Positions 24,781 to 37,041 of a DNA stretch of 64,000 nt are shown one piece after another. Every line of letters begins with the position of its first letter. The first letter of the stretch is position 1. The stretch lies in contig NC_058368.1 in assembly GCF_018350175.1 (NCBI RefSeq), positions 69,442,001-69,506,000 of the forward strand, given 5' to 3'. The notes beneath the pieces were generated by a model. The model was not told where the DNA came from. It ran no database searches and was given only the letters and a program-made list of their open reading frames with translations. The translations under genes were made by a program, and so were the position numbers. The stretch comes from Felis catus (Eukaryota).

Positions 24781-24790
24781 GTATTAATAG
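24781..24790 (+). promoter_or_regulatory. TATA-like / MEF2-like AT-rich element
   Basis: GTATTAATAG, an isolated AT-rich block in the island core; 9/10 match to YTAWWWWTAR. Confidence 0.4.
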
Positions 24791-25602
24791 CCGAGCGCCC
24801 CCGCTGCACGCGCAGCCCGGAGCCGCCGCGCCCTCGGCAGCCAGGGGCTCGGAGCTGCTGAGCCCGGAGGCCCGGAGTGGGAGCCGGAGCCGCCGGCGCC
24901 GTGGAGGTAGGAGGCGCGGGGCGAACAATGACCGCGGCGGGGCGGGCGGGCGGCAACTTGTGCGAGTCCGGGCTCTCGGGGCCCACCCGCCGGGGGGGCG
25001 CGGGTGGAGGCGGGTTGCGTGCCCGCGGGGTCCTGCCCGGAGGAGGCGGGCGGCGGGTGGGATCGGGCCCTCGGCAGCCCCGGCAACAATAGCAGGAGCT
25101 CGGGGGCCTCCGGGCTCCGGGCCGCCCTTTGCACCTTTCTCTCACCTCCGCGGACCCGGGCTGCGCGGCCGTGCGCGCGGCTCCCCCTCGCCTCCCCCAC
25201 CCCGCTGTGCCCTTCCCCCCCGCTTCCTCCCATCCCACCCGGCACAGTGACAGCGCCGGACGCCGCTTCCGGACCTCGGGCCGCAGTCTTGGCCCCAGAG
25301 GCGGATCGCGGGCCGGGGAGGTGGCCACTGGCTCGGGTGCCGCGGCGCTGCCGGGTGCCTGCCGCTCGCCCACGCGCGGCGCGAGCACCCGGGTAGGTGA
25401 CAAAGAGGAACACACCCTCCGCTTAAGTTAGATTTTGTCTCTCTTTACCGCCTTTACGGAGAGCAAAGTTTTTTTTTTTTTTTTTTTTCTTTCCAGCAAA
25501 GGACACAGATTTTTGTGGTGAGCATTTTAAAACAACAACTTCTGATTGTGGTTTTACGATTTAAGTTCCGGAAACTTTAGCTGTGTGATCTGGCCAGACC
25601 CT

Positions 25603-25603
<1 letters not shown>

Positions 25604-25688
<85 letters not shown>
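25604..25688. repeat. Compound (AG)n(TG)n microsatellite
   Basis: Seen directly. Confidence 0.97.
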
Positions 25689-25693
<5 letters not shown>

Positions 25694-27091
25694 GAGGAGG
25701 GTGGGGGGGGGGGAGAATGAGTTCCCCGTCATCGTTCTGGATTTCGTTCCTGGTAGTTGGGGCCCCGCTACTCCCGGGATCGGTGCAGGACCCCAGAAAG
25801 GAGAGAGGTGAGGCTTACAAAAGAATCGAGGACGCTGCTACCAGGTCAGCTCCCTGAGCTGTGGAGAGATCGCCTCTCATCCAGAGGAGTTTAGCGGTCT
25901 CAGCCTGTCTCAGCCTTCTGGAGTACCATGGTGGCCTCTGGCTGTTTCATTTTATTATTGTTGTTAATGCCTTCCCTGTTAGCTTCCCAGGTTTGATTTG
26001 CTCCGCCGCCGGCCCAGCCCTGTTTCCCGGATTCCCCCTGAGCCATGACTTTTGTGGACCCCCCGGCCCCCCTCACCCGGCCGGCGGTCTTGGGAGAGCC
26101 AACCCCCATGGGTTACATTTAATGTGTTTTGCACGTGGTGACTTTGCCAAACCCATGTCAGAACGTCCTTTAGCATTGTCTCGCTCTTTCATTCAGTCGA
26201 AAAAGAAGAGGAGGGGAAAGGCCTTTTTGGTGCTGAGAGCTTTGAGGGAGTTGCCTTAAAAACTGCCCTCGTTGTTCCCATGGGGTGGGCCTTTCTGATA
26301 TCACCTAGCTTTGGCTTTCTTCCCTCATTCCACAGCCTTCTGGCTGGGGGTTTACCCCTCGGCCTTTCCAAAGGGTTGGTCTTCTGGTGTGACAGTTTCT
26401 GAGGATGGCTTCCTATGTGGGTTCAGCATCCACATGGCTCACTTTATATTCCCGCAGCATCGTTCTGCAGCAAGGCACCAATATTGGAGTTCCTCCAAGC
26501 ACAACAAAACGTTTGTGTTTTTAGAATGTCTGGCTAATAGATCTGCCTCTGGGTAAAATAAATAGACATTATTGGCCAGTGGCTGGCTCACTGGGCGAAA
26601 TGTTGGTTGGTAGAGATGCTGAGTTGATGCCTCCCTTACCCCAGGGCTTCCCAGAATCTCTTGTTTCTTTGAGGCGGACAGGAAACTTGAAATAGTTGGG
26701 GATGATGTAGTTGTGCCCCATAGGGTCACAGATTCTGTGGCACAACCCTTGTGAGTCGGTGTGTGGTTTCGCGTTAAGGAGTCTGTCCCTAGGGAAATCC
26801 TGGAGTTGGGTTTATAATGCCCCTTTTCACATTGATAGTCTCTTCCTGGAATTTGTGTAGGGATTTAATTCCTTGGGTCATAATAGAACAGTAACACTAC
26901 TCTGTAGCCAAATTTACCAAAAGGAGATTGAAAAATCTATCCTAGACAATTCTCCTCTGGTGGGTTGCATTTAGTTTATAATTATTTTGAGACTAAAAGA
27001 AAGCTGGGTGAATGTTCTTGTTTTGTATTTCGTTACAGAAACTGTCTGAAGAAAGTTAAGAATTAATACAGGATCAAAGGGGTTCGTTTCT

Positions 27092-27578
27092 GGGGCACCT
27101 GGGTGGCTCAGTCGGTTGGGCGTCCGACTTCAACTCAGGTCACCATCTCGCAGTCTGTGAGTTCGAGCCCCGCGTCGGGCTCTGGGCTGATGGCTCAGAG
27201 CCTGGAGCCTGCTTCCAATTCTGTGTCTCCCTCTCTCTTTGCCCCTCCCCCGTTCATGCTCTGTCTCTCTCTGTCTCAAAAATAAATAAACGTTAAAAAA
27301 AAATTAAAAAAAAAAGGGGGGGGTTCGTTTCTTTTTTTTTTTTTTAAATATTGGCAACTATTTTTTTTTTTTTACGTTTATTTATTCTTTGAGAGCCATA
27401 GTGAGACAGAGCACAGGTTGGTGAGGGGCAGAGAGAGAATGAGACACAGAATCTGAAGGAGGCTGCAGGCTCCGAGCTGTCAGCACAGAGCCCAACATGG
27501 GGCTCGAACTCACAAACCACGAGATCATGACCTGAGCCAAAGTCAGATGCTTAACCGACTGAGCCACCCAGGCGCCCC
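27092..27578. mobile_element. Tail-to-tail Can-SINE pair (+ 27092-27315, - 27332-27578)
   Basis: Target motif GGGGTTCRTTTCT present three times. Confidence 0.93.
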
Positions 27579-28979
27579 AGGGGGTTCATTTCTTAAAAAG
27601 TGGAATTTGTCCTCTAATACTCGATGCACATAGCAGAGCTTAATTCGTTTGGAAAAACGATACAGCTTTTTAAGAAGGGTGCTTGGGATAACGTCCATCG
27701 AAAGAGAGAAGCTTTTTCCATCCTGGAAGAGGTTAGAGAACATTGGAGAAAAGGCAAGAGCCCAGTCTTTGTGTGCTGAACACCCTTTAGGAAAGACATT
27801 GTGACTTTTCCCGGAGGGCGGGGCAAGTTCTGTGGATTTGTAGGTATTGGGCCAGTGGAACTGGCGTTTGAAACACACCCTTTATGACTGGCCTTGCTTA
27901 TTGCAGAGAACTGCCGAAGCTTTTTGAGAAATGCCCTGGCCCCCATAAGAGAAAATGCTACAGAAAAGAGAGGTGCTCCTGTGATCCCCCAGATATGGTT
28001 GCCGGCTTGAGTCCTTTCCACTTTGGGTGCACAGGCATTCTAGGTGTTGGCTGGGAGGGGAAGGGGCAGGCTTTTAGGTCCCATGGCTGCCCTCTCCTTT
28101 TCTTGGGTACCTTCGATGGAAAGGCCAGGCTCTTCAAGCCTGGCTATTGAATGGGAAGCGGGAGGTCAAGTTCTTTTTCTTGCTTTTTAATGGGTAGAGT
28201 TTCTGCTATGGCCTCTGTTTTCCTCCAGGTTACTGCGTTAACCATTTCCACATGTCCAGGAAGATCAGAGCCCAAATGTTTCCATTCAAATTACTTGAAA
28301 TACTGATTTCACCAGTCTTTTTATGCCAAATGCTGCCTTTGTTTTTAATCAAGAAGCCCCCGGAAAATGTTTATTTTAAAGTGGAGAAGCTGGCTTTTTT
28401 CGGCTGCCCTAGTCCTGGTTGAAGGCAGTTAAAAAATGTTTTGCCAAGTGGATACTTAAAGCAAAAGTGGGCACTTGATAGATATTAAATATGGTGCTCT
28501 AAGCTTTTGATATCTCTGAAATAAGCCAGGGACCATCCAATACAATGTGACTAAAACTGAGTGCATGCCCAGTGCAGGCTAGGCATTGGCAGTTTTCTTA
28601 TTTTAACATGGGACGGAAATAATAGACAAACTGTAAGATTGGCAAATAAATGATGTGAGAATTCATCATTTACACTGAATTAATTTCATGTGAAAAATTG
28701 TCATATTTGTGCATACATTTTCAAACAAAGGAGCCACCAGCCAAACCAGATTGCTTTTAACTCTATTATGCTAATATTTCTTGCCACAAGAGGAACGCCA
28801 CTCTACACACAGACTTCGGCTTTCCATAAAAGTATCTCATACAGGAAGACTTACAAATCCAGGAATATGGTGATTTTCATTTTTTGTTCTCATCCTGTTA
28901 ACTCAAGATCTAGTATATGCCTAGCACATAGCAATCCCTTGGTAGATAACTGGCTGTGAATGAATAAACCTAGATTTTC

Positions 28980-29201
28980 TTTAAAAAATTTTTTTTTTCA
29001 ACATTTATTTATTTTTGGGACAGAGAGAGACAGAGCATGAACGGGGGAGGGGCCGAGAGAGAGGGAGACACAGAATCGGAAACAGGCTCCAGGCTCTGAG
29101 CCATCAGCCCAGAGCCCGACGTGGGGCTCGAACTCACGGACCGCGAGATCGTGACCTGGCTGAAGTCGGACGCTCAACCGACTGCGCCACCCAGGCGCCC
29201 C
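28980..29201 (-). mobile_element. Young felid Can-SINE
   Basis: CpG-rich; perfect TSD TGAATAAACCTAGATTTTC at 28961-28979 and 29202-29220. Confidence 0.96.
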
Positions 29202-29684
29202 TGAATAAACCTAGATTTTCATGTCCTTTACAGTTAGTCTTTAAAGTTTTTAAGGTTGCTGTTCCGGGAATTTGAAGATATGATATTTGATTTTGTTTCC
29301 ATTTTGTTCGAATTTAACAATTGCAATTAACCTTGAAAGCTGGGTCATATTGTAAAAAGTTACAGTCTCATTAAGAAGAAACTTAGGTCTAAAAGCATGA
29401 AGAAGAAAGTAAAACTTCTCTGAAAAGCTAGCTTCTCCAAGAATTTTCCTTCTTCCTTGGCATCTATTTTCTAGAGGCTTCATTAGTGAGCATCTGTTTG
29501 GTGGTAACCTCCGTTTTTGTGTGCCTTTAAGTATCTTTGTTCTGGAATGATAAACGCCCTGGGTGCGCCATTCCAGATTGACGTTGTATTAATCAGCTCT
29601 CTTCTGGTTCCTTTGTGGCAGCTGCAGTATCAGCCTCTGGGCTGGTTGTTGCTTGTGAGTAGTCTGTCTTTTCTGTCCGCTGAC

Positions 29685-29900
29685 TTTTTTTTTTCTTTAA
29701 GCTTATTTATTTATTTTGAGACAGAGAGAGAGCGCGCGTGCACATGAGCTGGGGAGGGGCAGAGAGAGAGAGAGAGGGGGAGAGAGAATCCCAAGCAGGC
29801 TCTGTCCTGCCAGCACAGAGCCCGACGTGAACTCATAAACTGTGAGATCATGACCTCAGCCTAAATCAAGAGTCGACCGACTGAGCGACCCAGACGCCCC
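29685..29900 (-). mobile_element. Can-SINE
   Basis: Head, (GA)n and T tail. Confidence 0.9.
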
Positions 29901-30099
29901 GGCTGCTTTAAGGTTCCTTGGAGTTCTGCACCTTCACTATGTCTGGGTATAATTTCTTTTCTCCTTGACTTTGATTGCCCCTTCCTCTCCTCCTCCTGCT
30001 CCTCCCCGCTCTCCCCTTCTTCCCTTTCTCTACTCCTCCCTCCCAGCCTCTCACCAGTATCTTTCTTTCTGTCTCCCGGTACCATTTCAAGGTCCGTTC

Positions 30100-30730
30100 C
30101 GCCGCCCTTTGTTCCTTCGCCTTTGGCCGCTCTGGCCGTTTGCTTTGGGCTCTGATGCATGAAGCTGCTGTGCACTCTTGCGAACAAGTCTTTGTGTGGA
30201 GATCTGTTTTTAATTCTTTTGCTGGGTCTTATAATAAGTATACGCTTCACTTTATCAGAAGTTACCATCTGTTTTCCCAGGTATTTGCACCATTTTACAT
30301 TCTCACCGATGACATCTGAGCATTCCAGTTACTGTAATCCTCAGTAACACTGGAAATTCAGTCTTTTTCATTTTAGCCATTCTGGTGGGTGTGTCACAGT
30401 GTGTCATAGGGATTTCATTCTAGATTTCCCTGATGGCCAGTGGTTGCTTTCCATGTGCTTATTGGCCGTTTGCATATCTTCCTTTGTGTATTAAATCTTT
30501 TGTATTTTTAATTATGTTTTTGTCCGATCATTTTATATAGCTTTAGAGTACGATCAACATACAACAAACTGCACATACTCAATGTCATCTTGTCTCATTG
30601 TGGGGATTCTTTATATATTCTGGATATGAGTTCTCTGTTAGATCTGTGTGTTGTGAATATTTTCACCAGTCTGTTTTTTAACCTTTATTTTTTGATGGTA
30701 TCTCTTGAAAAGCAAAAATTATTGGCAAAG
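30100..30730 (-). mobile_element. Old L1ME-like fragment
   Basis: TTTTAGCCATTCTGGTGGGTGTG, CATGTGCTTATTGGCCGTTTG, TTCTTTATATATTCTGGATA. Confidence 0.75.
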
Positions 30731-31109
30731 TATATACATGGTGTAATTATTGAACTTATCAAAGGCCAGGGAATTTACTCCGTTTTGGAAAAATAACACG
30801 TTTTTATGTGTAAGGCTTACTGGTATTGCTCTGTTCAAGTGGTCAGCTTCCATTTTTGAGGGTGAAGGAGCAGTTTTGTTCCTTCCTCCCTAAAACGGAG
30901 TTGAAGAGGCTGAAAAATGAAAGGGAAAATACCTGCTTGTTTTGAAAATATGAGGAAACAATTATGTTTGAGATTATTACCAAATAAATCGATTTTTAAA
31001 ATTCAAACTGGAGTTGTATTTGTTTTTCGGCACACAGAAAGATGATGGGAAAGAAATATTTTTGAAAGCGATATGAAAAGGAAGCCTTGGGTAATAGCGA
31101 GGTGTAACA

Positions 31110-34100
31110 TTTTATTTAATTTTAATGTTTTAAGGTTTATTTATTTTGAGAGAGAGAGAGCGCGAGCGAGGGAGCATGCATGAGTGGGGCAGAAAGGGAG
31201 AACCCCAAGCAGGCATTACACTGTCAGCACAGAGCCCCATGTGGGCCCCATCCCACGAACCATGAGATCATGACCTGAGCTGAAACCGAGGGTTGGATGC
31301 TTAACTGACTGAGCCACCTGGCGCCCCAAGATGTAACACGTTAAAAAGAGGTCAGAGCGGCACATGTAGGTAGTTATGAAATGCCTTTGGTTCCCCTTAC
31401 CTTGGCAGGAATTGTATCTTGCCGTCTGTGTTTTCTCATTTTCTGACCCAAATAATAAGCATTATTAGGGTTGGAAAGTATGTGTTCCTAATTTTTGTTT
31501 CTCCTGCCCAGAGAAAGTAAATAAATCTTGGTTGATCCGAACTAAAATGCGTGTGGCGAGCACCCTGTGACATTTGACAATACGGGAGGTAGAGGGTGGT
31601 GTCAGAGGTGGCAGGAGTTGGAAGCGGAGGCACCGGGACCCGATAGACCTGCCCTTCCACACTGGCCATGTTTGTGATGTGGGGCAAGTTACTGGTGCTC
31701 TTTCCCTGAAACTTCAAGGGCATCTTTAAGAGTATTTTCGTCTTGGGGCGCCTGGGTGGCTCAGTCGGTTAAGCGGCCAACTTCGGCTCAGGTCATGATC
31801 TCGCGGTCTGTGAGTTCGAGCCCCGCGTCGGACTCTGTGCTGACGGCTCGGAGCCTGGAGCCTGCTTCGGATTCTGTGTCTCCCTCTCTCTGACCCTCCC
31901 CTGTTCATGCTCTGCCTCTCTCTGTCTCAAAAAAATAAATAAACGTTAAAAAAAATTTTTTTTAAAAAGAGTATTTTCATCTTAAAATGGTACAACGTCT
32001 GGCTAACCAAACCATCAAACCCCTTTCGTTGCCTCAAGTAATAATAAGGGGTTCCTACTTGGGTGTCTCAGCTCACAGTGTCATCCGGGACCCAGGTTCT
32101 TTCTGTCTGTCCACCCCGCCATCCCCAGCATGTTGCTCTTCGTACTTAGGCTTGCTGCCGAGCAGTTAATCAGACTGTTGCCTCCTAATTAGCTGTTATG
32201 ACTCATGGCTGCCGCAGCTATATCGTCTCCCACATTTGTTGGCAGGTCAGTAATGGCACAGGCTTCTTCAGGCTCCTTTTGTCATCAGGCCAGACCCTTC
32301 CCAGAAGACCCCAACATCTGGGAGGTCTAGGAAGGGGGTTCTGGGGAACGTTTCTGTGCTCTTAAAAAGAGACCCAAAGACTAGACTGAATGTGATGCCT
32401 GGAACCACAGCAGCCATATTGTGATTCACCTTGGGATGAAGGCAAGAGGGTGATGGAGCTGAAAGATGGAACCAGAGACTTTTTTTTTTTTTTTTGAGAG
32501 AGGGAGGGAGGGAGAGAAAAGTGTGAGCACACGCCTCAGTGAGGCATAGGGGCAGAGGAAGAGAGAATCTTAAGCAGCCTGCATGCCCAGTATGAGCCTG
32601 ATGTGGGACTCAGTCTCACGACTGTAAGATCATGACCTGAGCTGAAATCAAGAGTCGGCCACTTAACCCACCGAACCACCCAGATGCCCTGGGACCGGAG
32701 TCCTTGTGGGTGTCATTGAGTCATTGGTCTTCCTGCCCCTGGAGCTGAGTATACCGAAGAATAGTGAATTTTGTATACTAAATAATACCAATATGGCTTC
32801 GTGTGCTAAATGATCATTTTACTTACTTTCTAACTCTGTTACTGCCATCCAAAGCTGCTTGACTGGCTCATCAGTTGGAAGACCTTATCTTTCTTTTGCC
32901 ATGTACCGTTATCTGTGACAAAACATGTTTCTCTCTATTGATTATGTGGAGAGTGACTTCGTGGTCATATCACATCTCTGTGAGAGATAAACTCTATTTC
33001 GGGACTTTAGGTATTTGATATTGTGTGTAAATCTTGCAGCTCAATCAACATGAATTTTGCCTTTTGCTTTTAAGGTGGCCTTGTAGGACATTTGTTTAGA
33101 ATTGATCATTTGGCAGTTTGGATTACAGGACACGCTTGAGAATAACATTTCCTTAAGAAACAATGATGGCAGCACCGGCCGTTTTTGTCACCCCAGAATG
33201 GCATTTCTCTTGCACGTACAATACTGCTTAGGAGATTTGTGAGGACATCATTAATCAGAGATTAATATCTTCCTTTATAATCTTACCAGAGCTTTTGGTT
33301 CTCTGGTATCGGGTCTTATTGGGGGCCAATGTTATTAGTGGAGCAAGCTAGTTGAAAATGTCAGGATTTGGGTAAACCAGAGGTTTACCAATGGAAAAGT
33401 TAGACACAAATATTTGCAAGGAAAAGTTAAATGATTTCATAATACCCTTCATATTAAACAAATAAATTGAATGTAAACTATCCAGATGAGCAAAATGCAG
33501 AACAGAGAGCAATAATATTTCTATTTTCGTTTAATTGATTCAACTTTTTTTTTTTTTAACATTTATTTATTTTTGAGACAGACAGAGACAGAGCATGAAC
33601 AGGGGAGGGCCAGAGAAAGAGGGAGACACAGAATCTGAAACAGGCTCCAGGTTCTGAGCTGTCAGCACAGAGCCCGACGTGGGGCTCGAACCCACGGACC
33701 GCGAGATCGTGACCTGAGCCAAAGTTGGACGCTCAACCGACCCAGGCGCCCCTAATTGATTCAACTTTTAAAAAGAAATCTGATCAGCCCCTCCACTCTC
33801 CCCTTACTATAATGGTGGCCAACTGACCAGGGTAATTTCATTATTCACTGGGCCGTTTTATTTTTACTTTAGTTTATGTGAGGGCCTGTCAAGTCAAGGG
33901 ATATTTATGAGTATCTTTGTTGAATATACTAGTTACCATTGGTGACACAAAAATAGGGCTCAGTCCTTACTCTTGGAGTATGACATCCAGGGGCATGAGG
34001 GAAAAGTCTAGGTAATTCTAATAAAAGGTGAAATATAAGAACCTTGCACAAGGTATAGTAATGGTGGAAGTGTTCAGGACAGTAAGATAGTGGATTCTGA

Positions 34101-34753
34101 TTGGAAGAGGTGGCATTTGAATGGAGCCTTAATTTAAAGAAGCCTGTTTTTGTTGACTTATTTTAGTGGTCACTTTGTAGTGTGTTTATTGTGACAGGAG
34201 TAGAAAAGTACTCACATGTAAAACAGGAAGCAAAAATTCCTTGGAATCCTGCCATTTATGATTATGGAAATTATGAAAGATTATGGAGATTATGAAAATT
34301 AAAAAATGGTTGATTTCCATTTAACTTTTGGCAATATTTGGTGTATTTCCGGCATTATCACCTATATGTGCAAATGTCCATTTTTATTAAAAAATTGAGA
34401 GAATGATGCATGCACATTGAGAAGCCACTTTTTCCCCCTTAACACTAAGTGTTTTCTACATGGAGCTTTCTTTGAAATGAAAACGATGCCTCTGTGATGT
34501 TACTGTTACATGGTTCTACAGAATGTAACTAACATTGCCCTTTAGCGGTCACTTTTTTAAAACTTATTTTTATTTTTTGAGACAGTGCACGTAGGGGAGG
34601 GGTGGGGTAGGGTGGGGGAGAGAGAAAGAATCTTAAGCAGGCCCCATGCTCAGTGCAGAGCCCCTCTTGGGGCTGGCTCCCACCACCCTGGGATCGTGAC
34701 CTGAGTGGAAATCAAGAGTCGGATTCTGAACTCACTGAGCCACTCAGGTGCCC
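31110..34753. mobile_element. Five dispersed Can-SINEs (31110-31327 -, 31745-31967 +, 32480-32690 -, 33546-33752 -, 34555-34753 -)
   Basis: Each has head, body and tail; TSDs include AAGAGTATTTTCRTCTT and TAATTGATTCAACTTTT. Confidence 0.9.
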
Positions 34754-36819
34754 ATATCGGTCATTTTTTTTTTTTTTGCTTGTTTTGCTTGCAGTGACCA
34801 TGTGTACATAAATCTATGGTAGGAGGGTCCCTAGGACTCTTTTGTTGCAAGTGACAGATGCCCAGCTTGAGCCGTAGGATGCAGAATAAAGGGGTATTTC
34901 TTAGTTCTCAGCACCAACCTCAGAAAGGGCGGAGGTGGGTCGGTCTCAAGCACAGAGACCCGGGTCCAGAGTCGGCCCCGTGGGCTTTCCTACATAGTGT
35001 CCAGACTCTCTGTTTTTTTGGCCGGCATTGCCTTCATGTTTCAGTTACCCTCTCTGCTGGTGTTTTGAGCAGGACAGTTTGGGGATGGGGGTGGGAAAGG
35101 GCAGGAAGTCCAGCATCCATGGCTCTTGCCTTAAAATGCAAGCTGTCCTCCAGTCATCCTGACAATTCATCACACCTTAGAGCGTTTTCCGTTCCCGTGG
35201 AAGAGGTGCTCAGACTGCTCCCACTATGATGAAGAATCACCTAGCGGAGCATGAACCTCCGCCCTCTCCTCCTAGGGAAGGACTCTTGTTTAGGCGACAG
35301 GAGGGACCACTCTTGTGGTGGGGGGGTGCGTCTAGGGGCGGGGGCACTGGGTGATGTGAGATTGTGCCCAGACAACATGAGCCTTTCCAGATGGATGGGA
35401 TTTATGGGCAAAAATAAGAGAGAAGTGAAGAAAAACCTTCCCGGGGTGGGGGTGGAAGGAGACCAGCAGGGACGGGAGCAGCAGAAATGTAAGAGAAGCT
35501 TCTGTCCCACCTCCTCCTGGGGCTGCGCGAAGCTCAGAAGTTCACGAGCACATAGATGTTGATGTCTGTGCCCCAGGAGCAGCAGCTCTAACCTAATGAT
35601 GCCTTGTGAAGAGTGTCATAAGCCGTGTGTCACTCCTTATATATTATCCCCACGAGGCTCTTGCTTGTATTGGAACGCACCTTTTGGGGCGGGGGGAAAA
35701 AACGGGGGTAGAGCTTGCTCAGGGCAAGTTTACAGCGTAACTCGCCTGTATCTGGAGGTTGAGAAAGGCCCAGAGTAGGGGCCAGGCTGAAATGGGAGGG
35801 GTGCCCTACTGCTTTATTTTCTTCTAACTCGAGGAGCATTTTTGTCTGCCTACTTCTCTCTGTTGTGGGTCGGAAGCACTTCAGTGAAGGTGCTGATTCT
35901 TCACGGCCCTCATCAGCCCCCAGCAAAACGCTTCGAAACATCCAAGTCTTGCCTATTTTTCAAATGCCCAAGTAGAGCAGTGCCCGATTCTGAATTCCCC
36001 TGGCACACGCCTTTTGGAACGGTGCACACAGAAGCACGTGGAGACCTTCCAGGGCAAGTGGCAGTGGTGCCCGTGGCCATAACGGATCTTACATGGATGC
36101 GTAAGGCCTTATTCCCCGCTGTGTGAACCCCACTCTTCACCAGAGTTAGCTCCTGGGGTCAGGGGCCGTGGATGCGGCTTCCCTTTTATCTTCCAGGTCC
36201 TTACAAAAGAGCCTTTCTTTGACGGATTAATGGAAGTCTTATCACAGGATCATAGGCATCAGGAAAATCACAGCTGATTAAATTCCTAACGTCTTCACCA
36301 CTTAGGAAGAATAAAACTGATCTTACTTTTCACAAAGATCTGTTGAGCACCTTTCAAAAGGTAGGGGCTATGCTTGCATTCACATCAGTGCACAAAACAG
36401 ACAAAAACCCTTGTCTTCAAGGGAAGCGCATGTATGTTATTTGTCCAAATGGAGGTGTTTTTGGTACTGGAAGGAGGTGTGAACTGCATGGGGCACCGGG
36501 ACAGGAGGGGGCTACGCGGACGGTCACCCTCATGCTCAGAGTGCAGCTCAGAGTGGGCAGCTCGTTTTTCCCAGAGGCCATCGGATACCTTTGGGACAGT
36601 CTGGAGACAGATCCAGCTAATCTGTGGCTTAAGGGGTGAACCTCACCATATACACGCCAGCAGACATTTATTGAGAACCTGTGTGGTTTTATCTGTGTTT
36701 GTCTAAAAGGTCTTTTGCTCCCAGGCAAGAATGTTTATAGGGACATAAGGCAGGGGCCAGGGGACCCTCAGCTATACAGGAAAATAATGAATGATAATTG
36801 TTTGAAAGAAGGTAGACTC

Positions 36820-36883
36820 TTGAGCTACAAATCACGGATTCTAAATAACTTGCTTGTAAAAGTCGTTGTGATCAGCGTTTTTT
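36820..36883 (+). repeat. Copy A of a ~65-bp dispersed direct repeat
   Basis: Aligns to 39009-39073 with 6 mismatches and 1 indel. Confidence 0.85.
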
Positions 36884-37041
36884 TGTTTGTTTGTGTGTTT
36901 GTTTGTTTTTAAATAAAGATTTGGAAATCAAGACGACCCTAGGCCCTGAAGGTGATTTAAGGAAGGATGTATTTCTTCTTACGGGAAAAAGGAAATGAAA
37001 TTGCCTCAAAAGAAAAGTATGTGTGCATCTATTTAAAAACA

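Larger units (their letters stand above)
24600..24906 (+). other. FARP1: Non-coding first exon, probably of FARP1 (start approximate)
   Basis: CCCGCGGGTATTAATAGCC ... GCCGCCGGCGCCGTGGAG resembles the human FARP1 5'UTR as I recall it; followed by donor GAG|GTAGGA; lies in the CpG island. Confidence 0.75.
23450..25425. promoter_or_regulatory. CpG island / promoter
   Basis: Very high GC and CpG density, multiple GC boxes (GGGGCGGGGC, CCCCGCC), free of recent TEs. Confidence 0.95.

Noticed and set aside
24830..25079. 13-mer GCCCTCGGCAGCC present twice
   Set aside because: Plausible by chance in extremely GC-rich sequence
24114..25415. 433-aa minus-strand ORF and overlapping 100-216 aa ORFs
   Set aside because: Arg/Gly/Pro/Ala-rich ORFs open in several frames at once, as expected from stop-codon scarcity in a CpG island; no recognisable domain
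27092..27180. tRNA-like A/B-box sequences as tRNA genes
   Set aside because: They are SINE heads followed by (CT)n, poly(A) and TSDs
29015..29275. Recurrent peptide GQRETEHERGRGRERGRHRIGNRLQ and MAQxVKRxTSAQV ORFs suggesting a gene family
   Set aside because: These are translations of Can-SINE copies
34257..34300. Short ATTATGRAR-type tandem iterations, and any CRISPR-like array
   Set aside because: Degenerate slippage repeat with no unique spacers; eukaryotic DNA with no cas genes
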